Assembly: GCA_964016885.1 (NCBI GenBank)
Contig: OZ024741.1
Location: forward strand, 395,064,001 to 395,128,000
Direction of reading: 5' to 3'
Origin: Eledone cirrhosa
Lineage: Eukaryota
DNA: 64,000 bases
In this document: positions 35,467 through 57,539 of the stretch, one piece after another
How positions within the stretch are numbered: position 1 is the stretch's first letter
Layout: each line of letters opens with the position of its first letter
Notes under the pieces: model-generated
The model's database searches: none
Seen by the model: the letters and a program-made list of their open reading frames with translations, nothing else
Told to the model about the DNA's origin: nothing
Program-made: the position numbers and the translations under genes

Positions 35467-36992
35467 CATACATACATACACACACACATATATATATATA
35501 TACACACATATATATATACACACATATATATATACACACATATATATATACACATATATATACACACATATATATATATATATACACACATATATATATA
35601 TACATACACACATATATATATATATACATACACACATATATATATACATACACACATATATATATACATACACACATATATATATACATACACACATATA
35701 TATATACATACACATATATATATATACATACACATATATATATATACATACACACATATATATATATACATACACATATATATATATACATACACATATA
35801 TATATATATACACACATATATATATATATACACACACATATATATATATATATACATACACATATATATATATACATACACATATATATATATACATATA
35901 TATATATACATACATATATATATACATACATATATATATATACATATATATATATACATACATATATATATATATACATATACATACATATATATATATA
36001 TACATATACATACACATATATATACATATACATACACATATATATATATATACATACACATATATATATATACACACACATATATATATATACACACACA
36101 TATATATATACACACACATATATATATACACACACATATATATACATACACATATATATATACATACACATATATATATATACATACACATATATATATA
36201 TACATACACATATATATATATACATACACATATATATATACATACACATATATATATATACATACACATATATATATATACATACACATATATATATACA
36301 TACACATATATATATACATACACATATATATATATACATACACATATATATATATATACATACACATATATATATACATACACATATATATATACATACA
36401 CATATATATATATATACATACACATATATATATATACATACACATATATATATATACATACACATATATATATACATACACATATATATATATACATACA
36501 CATATATATATATACATACACATATATATATATATATACATACACATATATATATATATACATACACATATATATATATATATACATACACATATATATA
36601 TATATATACATACACATATATATATATATACATACATATATATATATATACATACATACACATATATATATATATATACATACACATATATATATATACA
36701 TACACATATATATATATATACATACATATATATATATATACATACATATATATATATATACATACATATATATATATATACATACATATATATATATATA
36801 CATACACATATATATACATACACATATATATATATATACATACACATATATATATATATATACATACATATATATATATATACATACACATATATATACA
36901 TACACATATATATATATATACATACACATATATATATATACATACACATATATATATATACATACACATATATATATATATACATACACATA
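35366..36992. repeat. 1.6-kb compound TA/CA microsatellite
   Basis: Directly visible; dominant unit CATACACA(TA)n. Confidence 0.98.
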
Positions 36993-37292
36993 ATCTTGAT
37001 AGTTTGTATAATTTTGTATAATTTTGTACATAGATCTGTTGAATATGCATGCCAATTCTAACACATATATATCCTAGAAACGATCGTTAAATAATGAACT
37101 TTTTTTGTTTAATATAAGGAACTGTTTCATTGTTTTATTCATTATTTTTTTAATATTTTATCTTGACTCTGTATTCCGTTTATCTTTCACCGAAAGTGAT
37201 TTTTCATTGCATCTCTTCTTTCCATGATATCCGGACTACATTGAGTTCTTCATACGGATTGGACACTACCGTAAACTCTTGGTAGATTTATC

Positions 37293-37866
37293 TACATACA
37301 CATATATATATACATACACATATATATATACAGACACATATATATATACAGACACATATATATATACATACACATATATATATACATACACATATATATA
37401 CATACACATATATATAATTACATACACATATATACATACATACACATATATACATACATATACATACATATACATATATATACATACATATACATATATA
37501 TACATACATATACATATATATACATACATATACATATATATACATACATATACATATATATACATACATACATATACATACATACATATACATACATACA
37601 TACATATACATACATAAACATATATATACATACATATACATATATATACATACATATACATATATATACATACATATACATATATATACATACATATACA
37701 TATATATACATACATATACATATATATACATACATATACATATATATACATACATATACATACATATACATATATATACATACATATACATACATATACA
37801 TATATATACATACATATACATATATATACATACATATACATACATACATATACATACATACATACA
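37293..37866. repeat. Compound TA/CA microsatellite
   Basis: Directly visible; dominant ~20-bp unit TACATACATATACATATATA. Confidence 0.98.
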
Positions 37867-38464
37867 ACTTTGAATAACTTTGAAATGTTTTGGCCAGTAT
37901 TGGCCCAGGCCATGTCTAACTTAATAGCACCACCTGGCGAAGTCTTTCAATTCAGGATTTGGGCACCATGGCCCATTCGAGAAGAGAATTACTGTTTGCG
38001 GAGACATATCCGGGTGTGGGTGGTTTGTCCGGGATTACTTGGAGGAATTTGTCCAAAGACTTCTTGAATTTTGAGTGGTCAGTTTCTGTTTTGACGTGTC
38101 CTGGTGTGATGTTGAAGAGAGCAGGGCCGATTGAGGTGAAATAATTGTGCCGTATTGTTGTTATGAGTTGCGATTTAGATTTTTGAATGGGACGGATAGC
38201 ACGGGGCCCAAGCCTTGGGTGTATCTTGAAGGCGATGCCAACATCATTTGGGCAGTGATGATGGAACATTTTCCACATCATGCAGATAATATAACGCTCA
38301 CGGCGACGTTGGAGTGAGTAAAGTTTCAGGTTTTCCAATCGACCCCAGTAGTCAAGGTCTGACATGCCATCTATCTTTTTCGTGATTGCCCTTTGAGGAG
38401 CTTCAAGTTTCATGATACTTTGTTTCGTGTGGGGAGACCACAGTGGACAACAGTATTCAAGGTG
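37867..38464 (-). mobile_element. CR1/L2-group LINE 3' fragment embedded in microsatellite
   Basis: Open frame [11 protein letters not shown]...QRAITK...[20 protein letters not shown]...GPALFN...[17 protein letters not shown]...SNSL, then a short 3'UTR ending in a TTCAAAGTT repeat. Confidence 0.88.
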
Positions 38465-46933
<8,469 letters not shown>

Positions 46934-47962
46934 TTGTTCCAGAAAACCACAAAACGGGTCCAAAAAGTCTTAAGTTTCACGCTTTATACACACGTACGTA
47001 TGTATATGTTTGGCTAGTGTCCGTAATAAACGACCGCACCCCAAAGACTAGTGGAAACTAAAAATAGAATATTTTTAATATGTACCTGTATCGGGCCAGG
47101 GAATCAAATATATTCAGCATTATAAGTCAACGTTCTCTCTCTCGACTCTGAGGAACCATCTTTATTTTTATTTTTGCCAGTCTATGCTTGAGTCATTTTT
47201 ATTACACGCCTACTATGGACACGTCAGGCTTTGATGGACTAGTACCGAAATATAAGATAGTTACTCATCAAGTAAGGCATCTAGTAATAATACCATAGAA
47301 AGAAAAACATTCTAACAGACAATTTATTTTCTTAAATTTAAATGAAATAATGTTACTCTTAAGGTAAATTAAATACTGAATATACAAACCAGGTATCCTA
47401 GTTGCTGGTATGCAACCGATTCCCAAATTTTTATGTGTACCAACTCGAAAGACAAGCACTATTATACTTAAAACTATGTTCCACCCCCACAGAAAAGTTT
47501 TTTCCTTCACGCATTCTAAACCGCACATGTCAACGCATTAAATTAATAGTACTTTCAAATAAAATATAATTTTTTTTACATGAGTTATAAGTTATTATTT
47601 GAGTGAAGTATTAGAAGACGAGAAGAAAAAAAAACTAAGCATTTAAATACAACTATACTAGATCAGAGACCAGAAAAAGGTGAGAAAGAGCTATTTATTG
47701 AACGTTATTTATGTGAATGTTAAGATACTATAAAAGTACCGTAAGCTAGTGTAATGGCAGGTTTGTTCTGTATTTAATGAGGCTCTGTTTTAATTTTCCT
47801 ATTTTTTGTTACAGCTGTTACAAGCGTAGCTATTAAAAATAACATACCAAAAAACAGTATATAACATTTTTCTATTAACAAACGAAAACAATTTAAATAA
47901 TCATTTCGCAGTTAACTCTTGTTAACATTGAAGACAAATACGAAATTCGTAAAAATACATAC

Positions 47963-48220
47963 TGCTTTAGCACACTCCAATTCGTTTTTTGTGGCATCAT
48001 AAAGAGATTCTAAATCTTCGTATTGATGCTGTAAACTCTGTTTTTCTTCTAAGACATCAAGACCGTATTGGGCCGCTTGTAATTTCTGCTGGGTCGTTTC
48101 GGCAAGCTCGGCACTTAGCCTCTCCACTTCGCCCTTCAGCTCATCTTTGCTCAATGCGGACAAATTGAGGGGCTGTTGAGCGGGACAGCAACTAGTATCA
48201 CTAGCTTCAGTCTCAGACAT
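47963..48220 (-). CDS. BicD: Bicaudal-D homolog, coding exon 1 (CC1 box)
   Basis: ATG at 48220 (MSETEAS). LKGEVERLSAELAETTQQKLQAAQYGLDVLEEK contains the AAxxG CC1 box. Donor GCA|gtatgt at 47962 is phase 0 (86 codons), matching the exon 2 acceptor. Confidence 0.95.
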
Positions 48221-48249
48221 TCTCCAAGAAAAGGCCCCCACCACAAATG

Positions 48250-48800
48250 AAACAACTTTAAGAAAAAGTTGGTGCGAAATGAGCTTTTAAATCCTAAAAG
48301 GTTAAAGCTCAAATACCAGAGCAGACTTAACCATCCATCACCATGCTATGTGCCATATTTAATTTATGCAGAATTCACTGGAGACGATCACGTGACAGAT
48401 TTAGGAAGCCGTGTAGGAGGGAGAATGAAGAGAAACCGGTGGGTAATAGTGAGAGAAATAAACGAAATTCTGAGGAAACTTTCACAAAGTATTCCTTCTG
48501 TTTATATAACAACAAAAGAAAAGGAAATTAAAATTATAAAAGAGATTACTAGCAAATCTTTATGGAATTTTCAGTTACATTTATGCAATACTGTATTTTT
48601 CTTTTCCTTATACCTAAGGTCATTTAATTTTTTATATTCAAAATGCGTATACTACCTCACTCTTATTTGTATAATTGTATTTATGAGCTTTTGGGATGGG
48701 ATATAAAATGTGTTAATTATTAACTTATAATTATTTCTAAATATAATTCGAGGGAGATTACTCAATTACGTCAGTAGCAATATTTACAAAATAGATGTAT
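48250..48800 (-). promoter_or_regulatory. Putative BicD promoter / 5'UTR region
   Basis: Immediately upstream of the ATG and CpG-retaining. E-box TCACGTGAC at 48388-48396 and CRE-like TTACGTCA at 48766-48773. Confidence 0.45.
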
Positions 48801-49406
48801 CTCTTGCAACGATTTGTTTTCGTGTATGGCGTGCTGTAGCAGATTCACTTTCAGTTATCAAAATTAGGTGTTGGAAGCATACTAGCAATTCCCCTCTTGA
48901 TATATTTTGACTTTTCGTGAAAAATAATTATCAATAATGGAAGCACACTTCTTCGACACTTACAGCACAATGTTTTCTGTTCCACGAATCCCTTCATATT
49001 TTAAGTCGGTTTGTTGTCAAGTTATATGCAACTACTGTTAACAGCAAATGTATTTCAAGCCATTTGAAACAGATGGCTTCAAGTTGGTGAAAACTAAGTG
49101 TCTAAGTATGTTCCTTCACTTTTCTTAAACTAAAGGCAATATAAAGAAATTATTCTGACAAATGGAAAAAACTGGATGACATTAATTCGGGAGAGTTAAG
49201 CTGCTGTTTCGGGAACTATCTTGATAAAAATGTTTATGAAATTACATTTTTAGAAATATATTGATCAGAAGAAATCAAATGGGTATAGACACTGATATAA
49301 TAAAAGTGAAAAAATTACTGCAATGGGAATGAAAAAAAAAACAAAACAAACATTAAAAAGACCAATGTGAGAAATTAGCACCAGTTGACAGTAAAATTGG
49401 TTTGTA

Positions 49407-49595
49407 AATAATTGTTTCTACTTTTGGTACAAGGCCAGCAATTATCGCAGTGCATTACTGGTACTTTATTTCATCGACCCCGTAAGGATGAAAGGTAAAG
49501 TTAACCTCTGTAGGATTTGAACTTAGATCAAAAAGGGCCATAACTCTATGCTGCAAAGCATGGCGTCCAACCTTCTACTGATACTGCTAATCCCC
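49407..49595 (-). mobile_element. SINE family A
   Basis: Reverse-complement match to 13849-14041. Confidence 0.85.
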
Positions 49596-49860
49596 AATAA
49601 TGAGGAACGGTTACTCTACAGATCAAAGGATTTCGTTGAAGTGATAAGAGGTTAAATCAAACAAAATCACAGCTGCCAGAAATTAAAAAGAATGACATCG
49701 AAGTATACTTAATGAGAAGTGAATGACCATCAAAATGTCGATACAGACAATGTATTAGTGTTTTAAAGCAACCCTAGTACCCTTTCTAATTACTTGAGGA
49801 ATAAATTGTTCTGTTTAGTGAAGTATTTCAAGTGGGCAACTATTGTATCTGAATGCTTTG

Positions 49861-50690
49861 TATTATATTAACAGACGGGGGGTGGATTGGCAGTATCGGT
49901 AGAGGGTCGGACGCCATGCTTTCCAGCATAGTTACGTCCCTTTACGATCTGAGTTCAAATCCCGCCGAGGTTGACTTTGCCTTTCATCCTTACGGGGTCG
50001 ATAAAATAAAGTACCAGTAATGAACTGGGATAATTGCTGGCCTTGTGCCTAAAGTAGAAACAATTATATTAACAGACGGTGGATTGGCAGTATTGGTAGA
50101 GAGTCGGACGCCATGCTTTCCAGCATAGTTACGTCCCTTTACGGTCTGAGTTCAAATCCCGCCGAGGTTTATTTTCATCCTTACGGGGGTCGATAAAATA
50201 AAGTACCAGTAATGCACTGGGTAATTGCTGGCCTTGTGCCTAAAGTAGAAACAATTATATTAACAGACGCCATGCTTTGCAGCAAAGAGTTACGGCCCTT
50301 TATGGTCTGAGTTCAAATACCGCCTTGTGCCAAAAGTAGAAACATTTATATTAACAGGAGCTGTGGATTAGCAGTATCGGTAGAGGGTCGGACGCCATGC
50401 TTTCCAGAATAGTTACATCCCTATACGATCTGAGTTCAAATCCCGCTGAGGTTAACTTTGCCTTTCGTCCTTACGGGGGCGATAAAATAATGTACCAGTA
50501 ATGCACAGGGATAATTGCTGGCCTTGTGCCAAAAGTAGAAACAATTATATTAACAGGAGCTGAGTTCAAATCCCGCTGGGAGTTAACTTTGCCTTTCATC
50601 CTTACAGGGTCGATAAAATAAAGTACCGGTAATATACTGGAGTAATTGCTGGTCTTGTGCCAAAAGTAGAAACAATTATATTAACAGGAG
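49861..50690 (+). mobile_element. Head-to-tail array of five SINE family A units separated by a repeated TTATATTAACAG motif
   Basis: Units start at ~49877, 50078, 50266, 50361 and 50560. The spacer motif occurs six times. Confidence 0.9.
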
Positions 50691-51974
50691 ATCCTTGGTT
50701 ACTAAACTTGTCTTTATAAATCAAACATGTAATTTTACTAAAGTATCAAATTTATGAGTAGTTTGTTTTATCTTGCCAACTATTATGTATGCTTTTTAAT
50801 ACCAAACTTAGCCTCTGTGGTGAGCCCATTTCACAAATTACTACAAAATTTTATGAGGAAGTGCTGGCTGGTCTATCACAATTGTTCTTTATACGCTAAG
50901 TACAGCAAGAAAACTAAAACAAATATTTCTGTCAATGAATGTGCATATATTTACAATAGAATTTTTTTTTTATATATCAGTTGTCAAATTATTCCCAATA
51001 TGTAAATTACCTTGCTAACTTGTAAGCTAAATGTTATAGAGAACATATTTGCTATGATACATATACTTTTTTGTGAAGAATTTAGATATTTTCAACATTC
51101 ATTTTTTAAACACCATCATCTGGGCCCACAGGCTCATTGTTGTAAGCATTCGGGCCAGGTCTTCAAACTAAGAATGTTTTTTCTCCAGTCTTCCAACCGG
51201 TTCAGAGGTTCTGAAAAAGATCATGAGCACTGCTCCTCTTCCTCTGACTAAGTTATAAAAATAAAAATAAAATACAATGAAAAACCAAAAATAACATATT
51301 CACTTGAGAGTTAGAATGAAGTCTTTTAGTGTATCAAGTAACTACATCAGTCAATGTGTCTTTCTTTATTTAAGAGGGTAGAGTATGATTCAAAATTTGA
51401 CTGCTATTGCGAGGAAGCTGATCAACCATATAGAGGCTCCCCTGTGGTTAAACTAGGAAGTGCAGAACTCATAGTCATATAGGGCTTATGTACATTGAGT
51501 TGTAATTGCATAGAAGTGTGAAGTGCAACTACAAGTCCATAAACTGGTGACTCAAGTTTCTCCTGGTATCAGGAGGCAGTTATTATCAAAAGTGAAATTA
51601 GTCTGAAAGGTAGTGGGTAATATTTGACAAGGATAGGAAATAAAGCATGATCATTATTTACAATGTAACTACTTATCATTACAGGGGCTATTGCAGTTAA
51701 ATATTTAATTTTGAATTATTGTCTTTTTTGAACAATACCTCAGTGGCAACTTTCCCTGAACGTCCTGTAACTTTCCCATGTCCTTATTTGTTGTTAATAA
51801 CTAACTTATTCATTGACTTCTACAGCTGGTCCCTCTGTTGACCTCATTATATGCGTTGTTTGACAACTTCTTGCAGTAATACTTTCATACGTCTTTCCTT
51901 TCAATGTGAAGGCAAAAATTCTTCTTTATTGCTGTATTATCTTATATACTGATGGGAAAGGATAATTAAATAAC

Positions 51975-52500
51975 ATGGAGAGGGTGGATCAGACTCTGTG
52001 ACAGTATCTAGAGTGAGATGTGCATGGAAGAAGTTCTTGGTACTGAGCAATGTGCTAATGAGGATGGGAGCAGTGATGAAACTGAAGGGAAAAGTGTATG
52101 CTGCATGTGTGAGAAGTGCCATGATTTATGGGAGCAAGGTGATCAATGTGGAGCATAAACGAAAGTTGGAAGGAACAGAAAAGAGAATTTCCCAGAGGCT
52201 GAATGGGGCATTGCTGAGACAGAGGAAGACAAACAATGAATTACAGAAAATGATGGGAATAGAACTAATGATGAATGTTGTGAAGAGAAATGAAATGAGA
52301 TAGTATTGAGGAAGGATGAAAGGGACTTAGTGAGAGGAGTGACGGAAATATATGTGGAAGGAGAAAACCAAGAAAGATATGGCTAAAATGATGGAGGAGG
52401 AAATGTAAGTGAGAGGGTTGATGAGTGGGGATACAGACTATAGGGAACAGCTTGTCATGGGCCCCACAAAGCTAACCTCTGCTTTAGCAAGGAAGACTGG
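51975..52500 (+). mobile_element. Degenerate RTE 3' fragment (different family)
   Basis: RVRCAWKKF...KLKGKVYAACVRSAMIYGS. Confidence 0.8.
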
Positions 52501-52558
52501 CGAACTCTGAGAAAACTAAAATTGAATTAGGTCACGCCATAACTTTCACTAAATAGTC

Positions 52559-52751
52559 TAATAATTGTTTACTTTTGGCACAAGGCCAGCAATTACCCAG
52601 TGCATTACTGGTACCTTATTTTATCGACCCCCGTAAGGATGAAAGGTAAAGTTAACCTCGGCAGGATTTGAACTCAGAATGGCAAGGGCCGTAACTCTTT
52701 GTCTCAAAGCATGGCGTCCGACCCTCTACCGATACTGCCAATCCACTGCCC
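52559..52751 (-). mobile_element. SINE family A with 14-bp TSD
   Basis: Full-length reverse match. AATAGTCTAATAAT on both sides. Confidence 0.9.
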
Positions 52752-52849
52752 TCAATAGTCTAATAATAAAGGGGCATATAAGCTGACTGAGCTGAAAAAG
52801 ATGAGTATCAACAAACCAAGAAAACTATATTTTTGTTATTATTCTTTTA

Positions 52850-52993
52850 CGCATAGAGTTACAGCCCTTGCCATTCTGAGTTCAAATCCTGCCGAGGTTA
52901 ACTTTGCCTTTCATCCTTATGGGGTCGATAAAATAAAGTACCAGTAATACACTGGGTAATTGCTGGCCTTGTGCCAAAAGTAGAAACAATTAT
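52850..52993 (+). mobile_element. SINE family A, 5'-truncated
   Basis: Matches the family body and tail. Confidence 0.88.
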
Positions 52994-53689
52994 TCTTTTA
53001 CAGAACAAATATGTATGACACCATTTCAATTCCAAATCAGAATCTACAATTTGGATTTCCAAGTAAAGTCATTTCTCTTCAGTTTGAAAAAAGCATTAAT
53101 GATATCTAATTTGTTTGAACATGAGAAAATAAATTGTGGAATATCTGTTATTTCACATTATTATTAGATGACTAGGGTTACTAATCTCATTATCATGATG
53201 TAATTTTCTTCTCTGCCTACCAGAGTTGTATATATTTTTTATAACATGCAGGTTGCTAAATCATGGTACCTGTCAACTGAATTTTTTCTCCAAACACTTA
53301 GTTGCTTCTCAAACTATTATTAACTTGGGTGACAACTGACTCAGTATGGCAGACTGAATGTATCTAGCCATCATAGTTTTAGAATATCTAGATTGTATTC
53401 AATGTGACAAACTTTTATCTAATTAATATACTTAATGCATTGGTACAGTTAAATGAGTCGTTGTGTTTAAAAAGACCTTCTTGTCACAAGGATGCTGTTT
53501 TAACTTTATAAAAAAGTGGAAAGTTGAATGAGATCAAATTTCAATTTAGTCACTGCTGAGCGAAAAAAAAAAAAAAATACAATATCTTTGACTTCAATTT
53601 ACTCAATGACAAATTGTACAGAATTAAATCGATTATAGTAAGGAGGATAAAAAATTCAAGCATCTTTTACAGCATGAGGACCAGAAACA

Positions 53690-55876
53690 GGAGGTGTTCA
53701 GGATTACGATGCAGTGCATTAGAGAAAATTGCAATTTCATTGGTGAGAAGTGGGTCAGGGATGATAAAGGTGCACTTGCCCTGACAGGTGCTGAGAAGAA
53801 AGATGCGTCGAAGAGCCATTATGAATTATGACTGAATGAAGAGAATGCATGGGAGAAAGAGACCCTACTCCAAGTGGACCCCATAGAGGGTCCAGCAGTA
53901 CATGTCAGCAGCAGTGTAGTTAGTAAAGCAATTAAGAATATGAAGGCTGGGAAAGCAGCCCGTCAATCAGGAATAGTTGCAGAGATGCTGAAAGCATCTG
54001 GGTCGGTAGGACACACCATAACCACATGTATTGTAAACCAAGTAACACTAGATGGCGTCATACCAAATGATTGGCGCAGCAGCATCATTGTCAATTGCTA
54101 CAAGGGTAAAGGAGATGCACTAGATAGAGGTATAAAACTGATGGACCAGGTCATGAAAGTAACAGAAAGAGTCATAGCACAGTTGATTAGGGACAGGGTA
54201 AATCTAAATACAAAGCAGTTTGGATTTGTGCCAGGCAAAAACACCACTGATGTTCTCTTCCTTGTGAGAGAGTTACAGCAAAGGTACCTAGCTAAAAGTA
54301 AGCCACTCTACCTAGCATTTGTTGATCTGGAGAAAGCTTTCAACAAACTGCCCCATGACATAACTTAGTGGGCTCTTAGAAAACTAGTAGATGAGTGGCT
54401 TGTGAAGGCTGTACAAGCCGTATATAGAGGAGCAGTCAGCAAAGTCAGGATTAACAATGACTATAACAAGGAATTTAGCGTACAAGTTGGCGTCCACCAG
54501 GGCTCTGTTCTTAGCCTGCTCCTGTTTATTATCATTTTGCAGGCTATAACGGAGGAGTTTAAGACCAACTGCCCATGGGAACTTCTGTACATGGATGATC
54601 TTACACTCATAGCTGAATCTATGGTAGAACTAGAGAAGAAATTCCAAACATATAAGAAGGGACTAGAAAGAAGGGGTCTTAAAGTCAACCTGACGAAGAT
54701 TAAGGTCCTAGTAAGTAGAAGAGAAAACAGAACCCAGATCCCCTCAGGGAAATGGCCTTGTTCAGTATGTAGGAAAGGCATAGGTAGAAGCTCCCTTCTC
54801 TGCTCCATATGCAAACTATGTGTACACAAGAGATGTAGTGGGATCTCAGGAAGTTTAACTAAGAATGTAGGCTTTACATGTAACAGCTGTGCTGGGACAG
54901 CAAGCAGCAAACAGCCACAGGAAACAATCACCACCAAATTCTGGGAGGGCTCTTTAGAAACAGTAGACAACTTCTGCTACTTAGGTGACCAAATTAGCAG
55001 CGAAGGTGGATGTTCAGAAAGTACAGTAGCCAGAGTTAGAATGGAATGGGAGATGTTCAGGGAGCTACTACCATTGTTGGCTACAAAAGGCTTTTCTTTC
55101 AGAATGAAAGGCAGACTATGATGCATGCATACAAACAGCTATGTTGCATGGTAGTGAGACCTGGGCACTGTGTGCAGAAAACTTGCGTAGATTGGAAAGA
55201 AATGAAGCTTGCATGCTCCGATGTATGTTTAATAGTAATATACAAGAACGGTGAAGCATAAATGAACTGAGTGAAAAATTAGTCATAAGACGAATCAAAT
55301 GCTGTGTGCAAGAGAGGGGATTGCGTTGGTATGGACATGTGACACGTATGAAGGATGATAGCTGCATAAAAAGGAGCAGAGCGTTCAAAGTCGATGGAAG
55401 CCTTGGGATGAGGTGATAAAAGCCTACCTTGCCCAATTGCACCTCTCAAAGATGATGACACATGACCGAGATCTCTGGCAATACGCAGTAATACAGAAGA
55501 CCCGACTTCCCACGGGTACAGGCCAAAGCATATATACAGTATACCCCACCCCACTATCCCATGAAGACAGGCCAAAGTGAATGCACCCAGTGAAGCCCTC
55601 AGCCCACATTGTAAAGTGGTCATGTAGGTGTCACGACAAAAAGCACCCAGCCCACACTGTAAAGTGGTCATGTAAAAGACACGACAAAAAGCAGCCAGCA
55701 CACACTGTAAATGTGGTTGGTGTTAGGAAGGGTATTCAACCATAGAAAACCAGCCAGAAACATTCCTATATGAGCGAGACATGGTCACCTGACCCAACTT
55801 GCCTCTAAATGAGACAAACCTGTCTAACCCATGCTAGTATGGAAGATGGACATCAAACGATGATGATGATGATGAT
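53690..55876 (+). mobile_element. RTE LINE family A, 5'-truncated, near-complete RT with 3'UTR and (GAT)n tail
   Basis: ORFs 53874-54368 and 54402-55121 (QFGFVPGK, AFVDLEKAF, GVHQGSVLS, LLYMDDL, WPCSVC...CSICK...HKRCSG, FCYLGDQI), with stops and frameshifts. Confidence 0.95.
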
Positions 55877-56239
55877 AGTAAATAATAATTATTCATATCA
55901 GTTAAAGTATAAATTAATACAACTCTTTTAGCATGAACTGAAAATACACTTATTTTGGGTTTCTACTTATATTGACATCATGGAGATATGTTGGTTCATA
56001 AAAATGGTGAATATTAATTAGAATGTCTTTACACCATCTGCAATTTCAATGAAATCTGTGACCAATACTCTGGAAAAAGCTATAATAGCTTCCAATCAAC
56101 CTTAGAATTAAGAAGATACAGAAAATATTAAAATCTTAGGATTTATTACCTTTTGAATAGAATTGATTGATAAATATGTATTTGAATTTTTTGTGAGCAG
56201 ACATAAATAATAATGAAATTATTGTCTACAGTGCTCAGG

Positions 56240-57120
56240 TACACTACAAATCATCAAAGGTACATGTATAGTACATAGAATAATGTACAAATGTCAGGAA
56301 AGTGAACAGTGTATCACTCATGATATACATGTGTGCATACGTATGGAGCATGGATATCAGGTGTAGTGTTGGCAAATTTCAAAGAAGCATGGAGGTTTTA
56401 AAGGATGCAGTGTCCCATCAGCTAACAACTGATGCAGGAAGTTTGTTCCATGCTTCAGCAACTCTGAGTGTGAAAAAATGTTTCTGAAAGTCATGGGAGC
56501 TGTACTGTTTTCTGACTTTGAAGGCATGTCCACTGGTGTTAGACACATGGAAATCAAAAAGGTGCTCAGGGTTGTTGTTGGCAAGATGGTCAATAATTTT
56601 GTGGGTGTTTACCAAGTCAGTTGCCAGACATCAGAACTTCAATGTATCCATGCCCAGGGAAGCAAGGTGTTCAGAGTATGGTAGATGCCTTATAGTTGCA
56701 TGTCTCTGAACAGTTTTCAGGAGTTCAATGTTCTGAGCAAGATAGGGGTTCCAGACTGGTGATGCAAATTCTAAGTGTGACTGCACCATAGCTATATACA
56801 GCTTTAAATAGATAGCTGGAGAGCGGCTGACAAAGGTCTTGCTGAGTAATGCCAAGACACCCTCGGCCTTCTTGACAAGCAAATAGCTGCTGACAGTAAT
56901 GCCCAGGTCATGTTCACAAGAAGACTTCTTGATATTAGTGTTATGAAGGGAGTATGTGGACGCTGGGTTTTTTCCTCCCACAATGCATGGTGTTATACTT
57001 GTCCACAGCCAGCTTGAGTTGCCATTCCTGCATTGTGTCCAGTTCTGATTGCAGGAAAGATCTATAGTGTTCAGGATCTGTCCTTTTTATCTCAAGGTAC
57101 AGCTTGATGTCATCTGAATA
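56240..57120 (-). mobile_element. CR1-clade LINE 3' fragment
   Basis: DLGITVS, SHLEFASPVWNPYL..NIELL..VQRHAT, GHAFK, FFTLRVAEAWNKLPASVV. Confidence 0.88.
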
Positions 57121-57539
57121 TCAAAGAGATTAAAAAGTGAAAGTCTAGCAGGAATCAAACCTATATCTTCTGGGCTAACTTCTAGGTATGTAACTAAGTT
57201 TTGTTGTATACAGAGCAAATCAATAAATGACACTTATGAAGCAAGTCTTCTTTGAAATCTTAACTGAATTCTATTATGGTACTATGGTATTTAAACTTGT
57301 TACTCAAAATAATAACTTTAATATTCAGTTTCTTCATGTTAAGGCTCCAGATTCAAATTTGGCATATTTCAGCTTTTGCCAGTTGAACAAAAAAAATAAA
57401 TAAATAAATAAAATAAAGTGACTGAATTATATTTTAAAAAGTTACTATCAAACACTACAACCAAATTGGGAGAACAATTATCACAGCTTGCAAAAATATA
57501 TTTTTTTTATAAGATGTTTCTAAATTATTTCCTCTATGT

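Noticed and set aside
47017-47222. Possible MITE with imperfect 16-bp TIRs (GTGTCC...GGACAC)
   Set aside because: Four mismatches, no clear TSD and no second copy in the window.
48269-48706. 145-aa plus-strand ORF divergent from BicD
   Set aside because: Non-ATG start, AT-rich low-information peptide overlapping the promoter, and no homology.
49861-50690. CRISPR-like pattern of a short repeat alternating with spacers
   Set aside because: The spacers are copies of one SINE, the repeat is a 12-bp target motif, there are no cas genes and the context is eukaryotic.
50695-50870. LANYY..LIPNLASVVSPFHKLL peptide
   Set aside because: Resembles a Gypsy RT connection remnant, but too short and degraded to annotate with confidence.
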